DNA from: Cyanobacteria bacterium J06626_4
GTDB taxonomy: Bacteria; Cyanobacteriota; Cyanobacteriia; Phormidesmidales; Phormidesmidaceae
Direction: 5' to 3'
Length of the DNA stretch: 64,000 nucleotides
NCBI GenBank assembly: GCA_038523235.1
Contig: JBCBJQ010000016.1
Location: 1-64,000, forward strand
The notes beneath the pieces are model-generated. The model did no database searches. It was not told the DNA's origin and saw only the letters and a program-made list of their open reading frames with translations. A program made the position numbers and the translations under genes. Positions 36,856 to 47,384 of the stretch are shown here, one piece after another; position 1 is the first letter of the stretch; each line of letters opens with the position of its first letter.

Positions 36856-38460
36856 TTATGGCTGCTCGTCGCTCTGATCTTGAGACTTGAGGCGATTCGA
36901 TTTTTGGAGCAGATCGGCGAAATAATCGTCATTATTCGAGGGCGAGTTCGCTGGCGGAGCCGCCGATTCCGAAGCGGATGGGGAGACCGGCGGTGGCGTG
37001 TGATCAGGGTTCGACAACCGGGCTTGGCGCTGCGCTCGCAGCTCTTTAGCCTGGGCCTGCAGCTGGTTGAAATAATCAGTGTCGGTGATTTCGGCGACTT
37101 GTTCACCGACCTTAGTCTTGTCGATCTCAATCTCGATACGAAGCAGGCTTTTCATCTGCTTGTAGACAGCCTGCCCATAGTCGCTCTTGTTGAAGCGGTC
37201 GAGCAGCAGCACCCCACCCGAGGCCAGTACAAACCCTAGTGCGGCGGGCACCAGCGGTAGCCAGCCCCCCTGTAAAAAGGCGACATAGCAAAGGCCATAT
37301 AGCCCGCCCAAAAGCCCGATCGCCACCACAGCGTAAACCATCGGGCGGCGAATGTATCCGGCAAACAGCGCACCGCCGAGTCCCCAAGCCACGATCCACA
37401 ACGCTTCTACCGGCGGTGACCAGCTCCATAACAGCGGGCGATCGTCGAGCACAGCGCTCAAAATTTGGCTGACCGATTGGGCATGCACGATCACACCAGA
37501 CATTTTTTGGCTGTCGCGCAGGCCGCCACTAAAAGGGGTATAAAACTCGTCTTTGGCTTCGGGAGTCGTTGCACCGATCAAAACAATGCGATCGCGAATT
37601 TGGGCAGGCTCGACTTGCCCCGTCAACACGTCGGTCAAACTCACCTGCGGCACAGCAGCCTGCGCCGCTCGATAGTTCAACAAAATTTGATAGCCGTTAG
37701 CATCGACGTTACGATACCCCCCCAGGTTAGGCGTCAAGCGGGGCAGCACCGTTTGGCCCAGCTGCAGCTCTTGATTGAGAGTGAGTTCGGGATTAATGCC
37801 CTCGGCCGCCAAATACCGCAAGGCCAGCTGTAGACTCAGGGAAAATAGCTGGTTATCAGGGCTGTTACACAAATGGGTATCGACAGTTTCAGTCTCAGCG
37901 GGAGGTGCCGCAATCAGCAGGTTGCGACGTAAAATGCCGCCAGCATCGACGACTAAATCGGAAAAGCCCACCTGCGTCTCGAGGGTATCAGTAGGCGGCG
38001 GCACGCCCGGATTATCAGCGCTGCTAATTTTACAAACGGGGAAAATGCGATCGCTGCTTTGCAGCACTGATAGCAGTTCGGCTTGGCCTGCACCAATAGG
38101 CAGATCGCGAAACATATCGAGCCCGATGGCCTGCGGTTCAGCTTCTAGCAGCACCTCCAGCAGTTCGGCCACGGTGCTGTCTTGAATGGGCCACTCTTGA
38201 CGCGATTGAATATCTGACTCGCTAATGCCAACGACTAGGATGCGATCGTCTGGGGGCGGGGTGGGCCGCCACCGCAGCATGTTGTCATAGACTCCCAGTT
38301 CTAGGCCCTGCAGTGCTCCCAAAGTCCGTAAACCGAGAATAATCGTCCCCGTCGCTAAGGTTGACATCACCACTGGTCGCCCCAAATGACCGACCCAATT
38401 GAGCGCCGTTTGCAATTTTGGCGGTAGTTTTTGACGAGGTGGAGGCGTGGGAATGACCAT
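36856..38460 (-). CDS. CHASE2-domain membrane sensor with a short cytoplasmic tail
   Basis: DDRILVVGISESDI, WP, IGLDMFRD, GFSD...D..G..RR, RIVLIG, D.FYTP, GVIVHAQ.VSQ, then three TM helices. Confidence 0.92.
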   Translation of the reverse strand: MVIPTPPPRQKLPPKLQTALNWVGHLGRPVVMSTLATGTIILGLRTLGALQGLELGVYDNMLRWRPTPPPDDRILVVGISESDIQSRQEWPIQDSTVAELLEVLLEAEPQAIGLDMFRDLPIGAGQAELLSVLQSSDRIFPVCKISSADNPGVPPPTDTLETQVGFSDLVVDAGGILRRNLLIAAPPAETETVDTHLCNSPDNQLFSLSLQLALRYLAAEGINPELTLNQELQLGQTVLPRLTPNLGGYRNVDANGYQILLNYRAAQAAVPQVSLTDVLTGQVEPAQIRDRIVLIGATTPEAKDEFYTPFSGGLRDSQKMSGVIVHAQSVSQILSAVLDDRPLLWSWSPPVEALWIVAWGLGGALFAGYIRRPMVYAVVAIGLLGGLYGLCYVAFLQGGWLPLVPAALGFVLASGGVLLLDRFNKSDYGQAVYKQMKSLLRIEIEIDKTKVGEQVAEITDTDYFNQLQAQAKELRAQRQARLSNPDHTPPPVSPSASESAAPPANSPSNNDDYFADLLQKSNRLKSQDQSDEQP

Positions 38461-38968
38461 AGATGCAGAAAACCGGGATAAAACGCCCAGGGCGCGTCCG
38501 TCAATTAACGGCCAAAAGCTTTGAGTCAGAGCATAATCGCGCCCGCATTAACTTCTTAAGCTAAGAGCTGGAAACAAGGCACGACAAGCAGTAGAGAATC
38601 TAAATGATGACAGACCCGAGAGTTGGGCGTCAATACATTCTAACCAGGCAGATTCTTTAAACCTGTCATATCGCCCGTACAGTCAGAAATTTTCCGTAAA
38701 AACCGTAACAGTTCTCCGTCATTGTGAGATTGCCTGGTGTAGACCTAGATTAGGGACAGGGCGCATCACTCAGATCAAACCTTACTAGGGATACCCACCA
38801 GGCGATTTGGGAAAGTTATATGAGGTTGTGGTGGTGCGTTGGTTCGCGGCTGTTACCAACCTTCAGCTATTACCAGCCTTCAATTGATACGACAATTCTC
38901 AGCTTAATTGCCTCGTCTCCCCCGCACGTTTGATCGGTCACTACTCATTTTTGGATTCATTAGGTTCT

Positions 38969-39682
38969 ATGAAAGGTTTTCGTCGCGTTCAGCAAATTGG
39001 CCTACTCAGCACCGTCAGCCTGCTCATGACCGGAGGTTTGATGACAGCAATGCTACCGGCGATCGCCCAGGGGACTCTACAGTTCCGATTGCCTGACATC
39101 AGTGCCCCCGGCAACCGCGAATCGGGGTCAACCCGCAGCACCTCCTGCGTGGCCTTTGATGACAAGGTGATTGCCCTGATGCCAGAAACCAACTATGGCT
39201 ATACCCAAACAGGCTATCCCTCGTTTTACTTCTACCTGCCGCCCACTACAGCAGAGCAGGTCAAGTTTGTTATTCGTCATGAGATGACCGGTGCACTGGT
39301 TTATGAAGGACGCTTCCACATTGCTGGTGACTCCGGCATTGCCCAAGTCAGCTTGCCGAACAACGGGCTACAGCAGCCCCTGATGACTGATGAAGTGTAT
39401 GTCTGGTATGTATCAGTGGTCTGTGACGAAACTGACCCCAGTGCTGATGTGGTCACCGAAGGGTTTATCGAGCGAATTGACGCCCGAGTAGTGGCCCCCA
39501 CCACACCAGCGGCAGCACTGCCCGCACTCTACGCGGGGGAAGGGATGTGGTACGACGCTTTAGCGGCTTCGGCAGCCCTCAAGCAAGACGATAGTTCTGC
39601 CGACTGGAATGCACTATTAGAGGCCGTTGCCCTCGATCAGCTGATTCCGGTCGAGCTGCTGACGACTGAACCCACACCGTAG
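38969..39682 (+). CDS. DUF928 family secreted protein
   Basis: Signal peptide; PGNRESGSTR..C, T..GYPSFYFYLP, Y.W..SVVC, YA.EGMWYDAL, W.ALL. Confidence 0.88.
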   Translation: MKGFRRVQQIGLLSTVSLLMTGGLMTAMLPAIAQGTLQFRLPDISAPGNRESGSTRSTSCVAFDDKVIALMPETNYGYTQTGYPSFYFYLPPTTAEQVKFVIRHEMTGALVYEGRFHIAGDSGIAQVSLPNNGLQQPLMTDEVYVWYVSVVCDETDPSADVVTEGFIERIDARVVAPTTPAAALPALYAGEGMWYDALAASAALKQDDSSADWNALLEAVALDQLIPVELLTTEPTP

Positions 39683-39800
39683 CTGCCGTCAGGTCGCCGT
39701 CTTCCCTGGCATCGGGCTCCCCGGCGTCTCCAGACACCAGGGAAGTCGGGTTTTGCAAGCTGTTCTCGCCAATCGTTGCCTCTCTCGACAGACACGCGGT

Positions 39801-41081
39801 TCAGCGCGAACGCTGCTGGGCGGCGGCGATAAAGGCAGCACAGTATTGTTGATATCCCTCCGGAAACACCACGTTTAAATCGAGTGGATCAGTCGTGTCC
39901 TCCGGATCACCAGGACCTTCCACAACGGTTAGCGCCCCCTCATCTGGGCGAAGTTTAAGCGCTTTGCGGTTTTTAAGTTCGCCGCCGCTGCTATCGACGT
40001 AGGTGACAATGTTGCCAATGTTGAACGATCGCCCAATGTCTTGAACTAAATGCAAGAAGTTGCGATCGCTGCCGCCGCGTTTAGCCACCGGTTCACCCGC
40101 CACGGTCATCACTTTGCTGGTGACGGTATCACCGACGCCCACGATGAGCGGCATGACGGCGGGGTCAAACCGAGCTTTAACCAAATCAATCAGGGCTTGA
40201 TGATTATGGGGCGCAGTGCGGACGCTAAAGTCAGCCCCGAGGGGATAGGTGCCCGTTTGTTGAGCATAGTAGCGGTTGAGCAGCGCCAGCACGCCCGCCT
40301 CTTTGATGGCCCCTCGCAGCATAAATTGAAAATCGGTGGTGCCTGATTCGTCACCCTGGCTGAGCCAGATGACTTCCTTACCCTGCTCATCACGGCCATG
40401 GTTGGGTGCATAATGCACAAAAAATGAGTCCGCCAGACCCTGCTCTGCCGCTTCTGACAGCAGGGTCTCCATGAGCGACTGCATCGCTTGCTGCAGCGCT
40501 ACATAAGTGTCGCGATCGCCCCCGATCGCCGCATGAAAGGTATTGAGGTTAGCCGTCGGCGAAGCCACATTGGTCAGAGCTGAAGACTGCATGCAGCGCT
40601 CCAGCTCGTCAGCCTCTAGCGTCAGCGCTTGGGCTGCAGCAAAGCGCTGCAGGGTTTGGCGAATGCGATCGGGCACCATTTCGAGAAACGCTAGCTCAGC
40701 CTCGCTGACACCGGGATGCTGAATCTCGCCCTGGCGCGTTTGCCACTGCACACCACCCGCCGCCAATCCCGGCAAATAGTACCCGTTGGCGCGGACCGCG
40801 GCGGGGGCACCAAAGGCTCGCTCAATAATGCCGTTAACCCCACGTTGGCCAATGTGTTCGCCATTAGTCAACACATAAAAATGGCCCTCAAAGGCTTGCG
40901 TTGCGGTGACGTAATCGGGGTCAATTTGGCGATCTAGGGGATCTTTGACCAGACTCATACAAACACCGTCTAAATCTTGAATGATGAGTAAATTAACCGT
41001 ATTGGCAACAAGATCAATGAAGCGATCGTGATCGAGGGAATATGTTTGTTGGTGTAACGGCAGGCTGGTGGCAGAGGTCAT
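39801..41081 (-). CDS. stpA: Glucosylglycerol 3-phosphatase
   Basis: NLLIIQDLDGVCM.LVKDPL, VLTNGEH, GLAAGGVQWQ, SGTTDFQFML, GVGDTVTS, RGGSDR. Confidence 0.95.
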   Translation of the reverse strand: MTSATSLPLHQQTYSLDHDRFIDLVANTVNLLIIQDLDGVCMSLVKDPLDRQIDPDYVTATQAFEGHFYVLTNGEHIGQRGVNGIIERAFGAPAAVRANGYYLPGLAAGGVQWQTRQGEIQHPGVSEAELAFLEMVPDRIRQTLQRFAAAQALTLEADELERCMQSSALTNVASPTANLNTFHAAIGGDRDTYVALQQAMQSLMETLLSEAAEQGLADSFFVHYAPNHGRDEQGKEVIWLSQGDESGTTDFQFMLRGAIKEAGVLALLNRYYAQQTGTYPLGADFSVRTAPHNHQALIDLVKARFDPAVMPLIVGVGDTVTSKVMTVAGEPVAKRGGSDRNFLHLVQDIGRSFNIGNIVTYVDSSGGELKNRKALKLRPDEGALTVVEGPGDPEDTTDPLDLNVVFPEGYQQYCAAFIAAAQQRSR

Positions 41082-41340
41082 GGGGATAGCAAGGTCGCGG
41101 CAGTCTCAGCCTATCAAGTCTTGACGAATCGGCTAGGGCTGGTCGCGGCACAATTAGCGATGACTGGGATTTAAGGTTCAGGGTTTAACGGGCCAAGGGC
41201 TGGGAAACTTCTGACCGGCATTCCTAGCTGGACAGGTGGTCAGAATTTAAGTCCCTGTAAAGGCAACCTTAGTCTTGCCTTAATGCCAACTGATTTTAAT
41301 AGTTCGGGTGTTATCTGAAATCTGGTTTGAGCTAATTCTG

Positions 41341-41532
41341 ATGACCCAATCGCATCGCCCCATCCTGCCTAACGTCATGCAACAATACAACCTCAAAAAC
41401 CTTGACTTTGATACTTGGTCATCGGCGGTACGACAACAGATGTTGGAATCATTATCAAAGCGCCGCATGAGCGCTCAGCAGGACTCTGCTGCCCCTAGAG
41501 ATCGCGATACCGCAGAGAACGACGCCAAATAG
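41341..41532 (+). CDS. Small hypothetical protein (63 aa, or shorter if started at ATG 41377)
   Basis: Amphipathic helix LDFDTWSSAVRQQMLESLSKR; divergent from stpA. Confidence 0.6.
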   Translation: MTQSHRPILPNVMQQYNLKNLDFDTWSSAVRQQMLESLSKRRMSAQQDSAAPRDRDTAENDAK

Positions 41533-41636
41533 GGCAGCGTCTTTGTATTGGGCTTAGATATCGCCGGAATCAGCCGCGATTTATCGACGACGGTGATTAC
41601 TCCGCCCTCGACCCTGGTCAATGCATTGCCGCTGGC

Positions 41637-42032
41637 TTACTCAGAGTCCGAGGGTTGACTGTCGCGACGGCCTAACTCATAAACCCCGCTGCCCACGGCA
41701 AATAGCAAGCCGAGACTGATCGACCAGCTGCCGCCCAGCCCCCAAATCACGCCGTAGTGAATCAGGATACCCAGCACGATGAACGGTAAGACGCTGAACA
41801 TGGAAGCCCAGAATGCATTTTGTGATTCCCGACCCTGGCGAGTTTTTTCAAACTCTTCTTGCGAAAGGTAGAGAGAGCGTTCAGCAAAGTTAAACCAGCG
41901 GGTGAGCTGTTCGATGACCCAGTCACTCAAGGGCGAAAATGCCAGATACAGTGCCAGCGCCCACAGCAAAACTCCCGACACAGCCATCGGATCAATTGAG
42001 AATGAAAAGGGAAACAGATCGGTAAACTTCAT
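41637..42032 (-). CDS. Conserved cyanobacterial membrane protein of unknown function
   Basis: LWALALYL, WFNFAERSLY..EEFE.TR..RESQNAF.AS, GVYELGRR. Confidence 0.85.
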   Translation of the reverse strand: MKFTDLFPFSFSIDPMAVSGVLLWALALYLAFSPLSDWVIEQLTRWFNFAERSLYLSQEEFEKTRQGRESQNAFWASMFSVLPFIVLGILIHYGVIWGLGGSWSISLGLLFAVGSGVYELGRRDSQPSDSE

Positions 42033-42810
42033 CGCCAAAAGTTCAGAGGTGAGCTACGAAAAATCAGGATGCATTCGGGCAGACCTCAGCTAGGTGGTTA
42101 AGCGACCAGGGCATCTACCAACGCGCTCATCAACCGAACCGACTAGCTGTCACCCAATCAAGCCGGGATTTTTTACAGAAAAGCGTGAAAGAGGGCTCTT
42201 AACTTGAGTTAATCAAGATAGCCAGTGGAGTGTTAGCTCAAGGCAATCATTAACTATCTGTTAACAGTATCGACGGCTTGTGAGGTTTTGTATAGGCAGC
42301 GATCGCCGGCGGACGTGAATCCCTTGGCGCTTCGCCTCCATGAAGTCGCCCCAAAAATCACCCCAGGTCGCCAACACTATCAGTATTGTTCTCAATAGGA
42401 TGGCTTGTAGAGGAGTGACGCAGCGGATTCATGGCAGGTCACTGGTCATCAACGGAACTCGGTTTTTCTGCCTTCGCCGTCAATTCCAAACATCCCCAAT
42501 AAGTCGAGTAGATCGTTACCCAGTCTGTGGGAACAGTACTAAGGTCAACCTCTCCGCCACTAAAGCGTTAAGTGAGCACACAGCCTGATCGTTTGTCATG
42601 AATTACGCCTACGACCAGGGCAAAGTTCGCGATCTCAACTGTCTGCACAATCCGGCCAGCCGACTCTGCCGTCAGACATCAAGAAAATTGATAAACATGC
42701 TTAAATTGAGCTTGGCTAATTGTGGCGTGCTGTAGCCTTGGTGAATCCTGAGTTGAGCGTCTGTGTCCCCTTAATTTGCTCTTTACCACAGCCAGAGTCT
42801 GGTCATTACG

Positions 42811-44052
42811 ATGAGTGTTAAGCCAATGTCTCAAAGCTGGCTATCTCCCCTCTTTTTAGGGACAGCAATCTCTTTATCTTTATTGAGCGCAAGTTGTCGC
42901 TCAACGCCGGAGGCCGAAGCTGCCGTCCCGGCGGTGCCGGTCAAACTCGAAACCTTACAGTCTGACGCGGTCAAAGACAGCTCCAAATTTGTCGGCAATC
43001 TTGAGGCCGTGCAAGTCGTAGAAGTGCGGCCAGAAATTCAGGGTCGCATTGAGCAGATCTTAGTCGATCCGGGGCAGGAAGTCGGCGCAGGACAGTCGGT
43101 GATGGTGCTCAAGCCCGATCAAACAGTGCCCAACTATGAAGGGAGTTTGGCTGGCGTAGATGTGGCGATCGGCAGCCGTGAGAACGCGGTTAAAGGTTTG
43201 GATATTGCCAAAGCCCAGCTCGCGACAGCCCGCGCTCAGTTGGACCTTGATACCGTCAACGTCGCCCGCGCGCAACAGCTCGTAGAAGCCGGTGCCCTCG
43301 GCCAAATTCGCTTAGACGAAGCCGTAACTCAGCAAGAGGCCTCGCAGAATGCGGTGATTACGGCTGAAGAACAGGTCGCCGCCGCTCAGGTGCAAATTCA
43401 ACAGGCCGATGCCGCCGTTCGTCAGGCCCAATCGCAGGCGGATGCCTCACTCATCAGTGTGGAATTTAAAGAGGTCGTAACGCCGATCGCGGGGATCGTT
43501 GATGACCTACCCGTCAAACTGGGTGATTACGTGAGTACCGGTCAGTCAGTTGCGAAGGTGACTCAGCTCGATGCGCTTTTACTCAATCTACAGGTACCTT
43601 CAAATCGTTCGGCGGAGCTGCGTACGGGGCTGACAGTCGAACTTTTAGACCCCGTTAGCAAAGCGCAGCTGACCACCGGTAGCCTGACCTTTGTTTCACC
43701 AACAGTTGAGGCTGAGGGGCAAACAATTTTAGCCAAGGCCCAGTTTCGCAACCCCGATGGCAACTTGCGCGATGGCCAAGTCGTTGAGGCCCGCATCGTT
43801 TGGGATACTCAGCCCGGCATCTTGGTACCCACGACGGCGGTTACGCGGGTGGGGGGGCAAAACTTTGTGTTTGTTGTCGATGAAGAACCGGACGAAAGTG
43901 GTCAAGAAGTCGTGCGCTTAAGTCCCGTTGAGCTAGGCGATATTCAAGACGGTAATTATCAGGTGATGTCAGGGTTAGAGCAGGGCGATCGCCTAGCTGT
44001 TTCCAACATCCTTAAGCTCCGAGATGGTATTCCCATTCAGCCCGAGTCTTAA
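42811..44052 (+). CDS. RND efflux periplasmic adaptor subunit (lipoprotein)
   Basis: Lipobox LSASC; VEVRPEIQGRI; coiled-coil hairpin; TPIAGIV..PVKLGDYV; GLEQGD. Confidence 0.93.
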   Translation: MSVKPMSQSWLSPLFLGTAISLSLLSASCRSTPEAEAAVPAVPVKLETLQSDAVKDSSKFVGNLEAVQVVEVRPEIQGRIEQILVDPGQEVGAGQSVMVLKPDQTVPNYEGSLAGVDVAIGSRENAVKGLDIAKAQLATARAQLDLDTVNVARAQQLVEAGALGQIRLDEAVTQQEASQNAVITAEEQVAAAQVQIQQADAAVRQAQSQADASLISVEFKEVVTPIAGIVDDLPVKLGDYVSTGQSVAKVTQLDALLLNLQVPSNRSAELRTGLTVELLDPVSKAQLTTGSLTFVSPTVEAEGQTILAKAQFRNPDGNLRDGQVVEARIVWDTQPGILVPTTAVTRVGGQNFVFVVDEEPDESGQEVVRLSPVELGDIQDGNYQVMSGLEQGDRLAVSNILKLRDGIPIQPES

Positions 44053-44068
44053 TCGTGGATAAAAGATC

Positions 44069-47000
44069 ATGGGTCTGTTTTCAATTGCGACCAACTTTAT
44101 TAAGCGCCCGGTACTGACGACCGTTTGCACCATCGTCATTTTGCTAGTGGGCGGCATCTGTATTCCCCTCTTACCAGTTAACTATCTGCCAGATATTTCG
44201 CCCATTCAGATTCAGGTGCGGGGCGCTTACACCGGAGCCGATGTCGAAACGGTGGAAAGTACCGTCACCACGATTTTGGAGCGAGACATCACCGGGGTAG
44301 AGGGCATGGACTACATGACCTCTCAAAGCTATGCGGGCACCAGCAGTATTTCGGTCTACTTTCCCACCGGGGTTAATAAAGACATTAGCCAGGTCAACGT
44401 GCAAAACCGGGTGGCTCAGGCATTGCCAAAGTTACCCTCCCCGGTACAGCAGCTGGGGGTTTCGACCCGCGCCTCTTCCACCAGTATTTTGCTGGTGTAT
44501 GGCATCTACGCCGAAGCCGGTGAGTACGACGATATTTTTATCAGTAACTATGTTGATCTGAATATCACCGACGTCTTGAAGCGGGTGCCTGGGGTTGGGG
44601 ACGTAAGCGTCTTTGGCTTGAAACAAAATGCCATGCGCCTCTGGATCGATCCCAACGCGCTAGCGGCCCGGCAGCTGACGATTTTGGATGTCAGCAATGC
44701 CCTCAAGTCGCAAAACGTGGTAATCGGTGCGGGCTCTATTGGTCGAGAGCCGGTGCCTGAAGGCCAAAATTATGAATTGCCGATTCGGATTAATGGTCGC
44801 TTTCAAGATGCCGCCGAATTTGAAAATTTAGTGATCAAAACCCTGCCAGACAGAACGCTGATCCGCTTTCGAGATGTGGGCTATGCCGAACTAGGGGCAG
44901 AGAACTACATCAGCAATGCCCTAGTCAACGATCAGAAAGGGGTGGGTATCGCGATCTACCAGCTGCCAGGGAGTAACGCGCTTGATGTGGGCGATAACGT
45001 CAAAGCGGCCTTGGCTGACCTCAGCGAGAGTTTTCCGCCCGGATTAACCTCAGCCGTGGTGTATGACACGACGGAGTTCATTCAGGTTTCAATTGAAGAG
45101 GTGTTTATCACTCTTCTACAAGCCATTGGCTTGGTGATTTTGGTGATTTTCATCTTTCTGCAAGACTGGCGGACGACCATCATTCCGGCAGTGGCAATTC
45201 CCGTCTCGCTAATTGGGGCGCTCGGCTTTGCCTATATCTTTGGCTTTTCGTTGAATAGTTTGACGCTGTTTGGCTTGATTCTCGCCACGGGCTTGGTGGT
45301 GGACGACGCGATCGTGGTCGTGGAAGCGATTACGACCAAAATTAACGAGGAGGGTCTGACACCAAAGCAAGCTTCGATTAGCGTGATGGATGAAATTGGG
45401 GGAGCGATCGTCTCCACTTCGCTGGTGCTGATGGCGGTATTTATTCCCGTAGCGTTTTTTCCCGGTACTACGGGACAGCTATACAAGCAGTTCGCGTTAA
45501 TCATTGCGTTTTCAGTGGCGGTATCCACCTTTAACGCTTTAAGTTTCAGCCCGGCGATGTCAGCGATTTTATTGCGATCGCAATCTGAAACAGCCGCCGA
45601 TCAAGCCGCTGGCGGCGGGCCATTACACTGGCTGTTCGATAAATTCAACCAAGGACTGGCGTGGATTTCAGCCAAGTATAAAGCATCCGTCGCCGCCCTG
45701 ATTCGCCTGCGGTACGTCGTCATGACGGTTTTTGTGGCCGGTCTTTTTGCCACGTTTTACATGTTCACGGCGGTGCCCGGTGGCTTCGTGCCCTCGGAAG
45801 ATCAAGGGGTGATCATCGGGATTGTGCAAGCGCCCGATGGCGTCTCCGTGAGCTATACCGACAACGTCCTAGAATCAGTGATCGAGACCCTCAAAGATAC
45901 GCCAGAAATTGAATCTTACTTTGTGGCCAGTGGCTCGGGTCTAGAAGGGGCTGGCCCGAACCAGGGAATATTCTTCGCCAAGCTCACGCCTTGGGATAAT
46001 CGCACCGGGCCTGGGCAGACGGTTACCGGCGTGCTGCAGCGCTTAAATGGGCAGTTTTTCCAAAACCAGGATGCCCGCGTAGTGGCCTTTAACCCGCCGC
46101 CGATTCCGGGCTTTAGCGCCACCGGAGAATCAGAACTGCAGCTGCAAGATCGGACAGGCGGTAGCTACACCATTGATGACTTTTTGGCTGGAGCCAATGA
46201 GATTTTGGCGGTCGCCAACCAAAAGCCGGAAATTGGGACTGCCTATACCCAGTTCACCGCAGGGACGCCCCAGTTAGAAATCGACATCGATCGCAATCAG
46301 CTGGAGGCCCTCAATATTGATTTCCAACAGGCATTACAAACCGTTGGGGCCTCGGTGGGGTCGCAATATGTCAACGACTTTGTCTTAGGCACCCGCAGCT
46401 ATAAAGTCTACGTCCAGGCCGAGGGAGACTATCGTGATGCCCCCGATGACTTGGAATCCCTGTATGTGCGATCGCGATCGGGCCAAATGGTGCCGATGAG
46501 CAAGTTGGCAACGGTCACACCGACCATTGGCCCGCAGATCATCACTCACTACAACGGCTATCGCTCCATCAAATTTCAAATGAGCGAAGCGGATGGCTAC
46601 TCCAGCAGTCAGGCACTAGCGGCGATGGATGACGCCTTGGATGAAACACCCCAGCAGGGATTGGCGGCAGACTGGATTGGCTTGGCTAAAGAACAATTGG
46701 CCGCCGGCAGTTTGGGAGCGCTGGTGTTCCTCTTTGGCATCATCATGGTGTTCCTCACCTTGGCGGCCCAATACGAGAGCTATGTTGACCCCATCATCAT
46801 TCTGTTAACGGTGCCCCTGGCAATGCTCGGGGCATTGTCCTTCATTGCGGCTCGTGGCTTGAACAATGACGTGTATGTGCAAGTAGCCTTGGTGATGCTG
46901 ATTGGTCTCGCCAGTAAAAACGCCATTCTGATTGTGGAATTTGCCAATCAGTCCCGCGAGATGGGGATGACGATTGTACAATCGGCTCAGCGAGCCGCAG

Positions 47001-47374
47001 AAGAGCGGTTCCGACCGATTTTGATGACCGCAATTTCTTCTTTGGTCGGGTTCTTTCCGTTGGTCATTGCTACCGGGGCGGGCTCAGCCTCGCGTTGGGC
47101 AATTGGCACAGCTTTGTTTGGGGGATTGTTAGTGGCCACGGTGCTTAGTTTCCTCGTGGTGCCGGTGCTGTATGTGGTAATTAAAAGCCTCGAAGCACAG
47201 TTCCTCGGCGGCCAGAAGCCTCCGGGCAATTCGGATAGTGGCAGCTCTGGTAACGGCTTAGTCACGAATCCCGATGGCACCCTGACATTGTCCTCCCCCA
47301 ACGGCACGGGCACTCATACCGAAACGGAAAGTCCAGCACCCACCCAGTTTCAGGAAGAGGACAACCCCGCTTAG
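44069..47374 (+). CDS. RND efflux permease, AcrB/HAE1 family
   Basis: FIKRPV, GLVVDDAIVVVE (proton-relay DD), GLASKNAILIVEF, RFRPILMT. Confidence 0.97.
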   Translation: MGLFSIATNFIKRPVLTTVCTIVILLVGGICIPLLPVNYLPDISPIQIQVRGAYTGADVETVESTVTTILERDITGVEGMDYMTSQSYAGTSSISVYFPTGVNKDISQVNVQNRVAQALPKLPSPVQQLGVSTRASSTSILLVYGIYAEAGEYDDIFISNYVDLNITDVLKRVPGVGDVSVFGLKQNAMRLWIDPNALAARQLTILDVSNALKSQNVVIGAGSIGREPVPEGQNYELPIRINGRFQDAAEFENLVIKTLPDRTLIRFRDVGYAELGAENYISNALVNDQKGVGIAIYQLPGSNALDVGDNVKAALADLSESFPPGLTSAVVYDTTEFIQVSIEEVFITLLQAIGLVILVIFIFLQDWRTTIIPAVAIPVSLIGALGFAYIFGFSLNSLTLFGLILATGLVVDDAIVVVEAITTKINEEGLTPKQASISVMDEIGGAIVSTSLVLMAVFIPVAFFPGTTGQLYKQFALIIAFSVAVSTFNALSFSPAMSAILLRSQSETAADQAAGGGPLHWLFDKFNQGLAWISAKYKASVAALIRLRYVVMTVFVAGLFATFYMFTAVPGGFVPSEDQGVIIGIVQAPDGVSVSYTDNVLESVIETLKDTPEIESYFVASGSGLEGAGPNQGIFFAKLTPWDNRTGPGQTVTGVLQRLNGQFFQNQDARVVAFNPPPIPGFSATGESELQLQDRTGGSYTIDDFLAGANEILAVANQKPEIGTAYTQFTAGTPQLEIDIDRNQLEALNIDFQQALQTVGASVGSQYVNDFVLGTRSYKVYVQAEGDYRDAPDDLESLYVRSRSGQMVPMSKLATVTPTIGPQIITHYNGYRSIKFQMSEADGYSSSQALAAMDDALDETPQQGLAADWIGLAKEQLAAGSLGALVFLFGIIMVFLTLAAQYESYVDPIIILLTVPLAMLGALSFIAARGLNNDVYVQVALVMLIGLASKNAILIVEFANQSREMGMTIVQSAQRAAEERFRPILMTAISSLVGFFPLVIATGAGSASRWAIGTALFGGLLVATVLSFLVVPVLYVVIKSLEAQFLGGQKPPGNSDSGSSGNGLVTNPDGTLTLSSPNGTGTHTETESPAPTQFQEEDNPA

Positions 47375-47384
47375 GAGGTGACAG

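Noticed and set aside
39701..39745. Inverted repeat CTTCCCTGG/CCAGGGAAG between DUF928 and stpA
   Set aside because: Probably an ordinary 3' stem-loop between convergent genes; no T-tract, so not called as a terminator.
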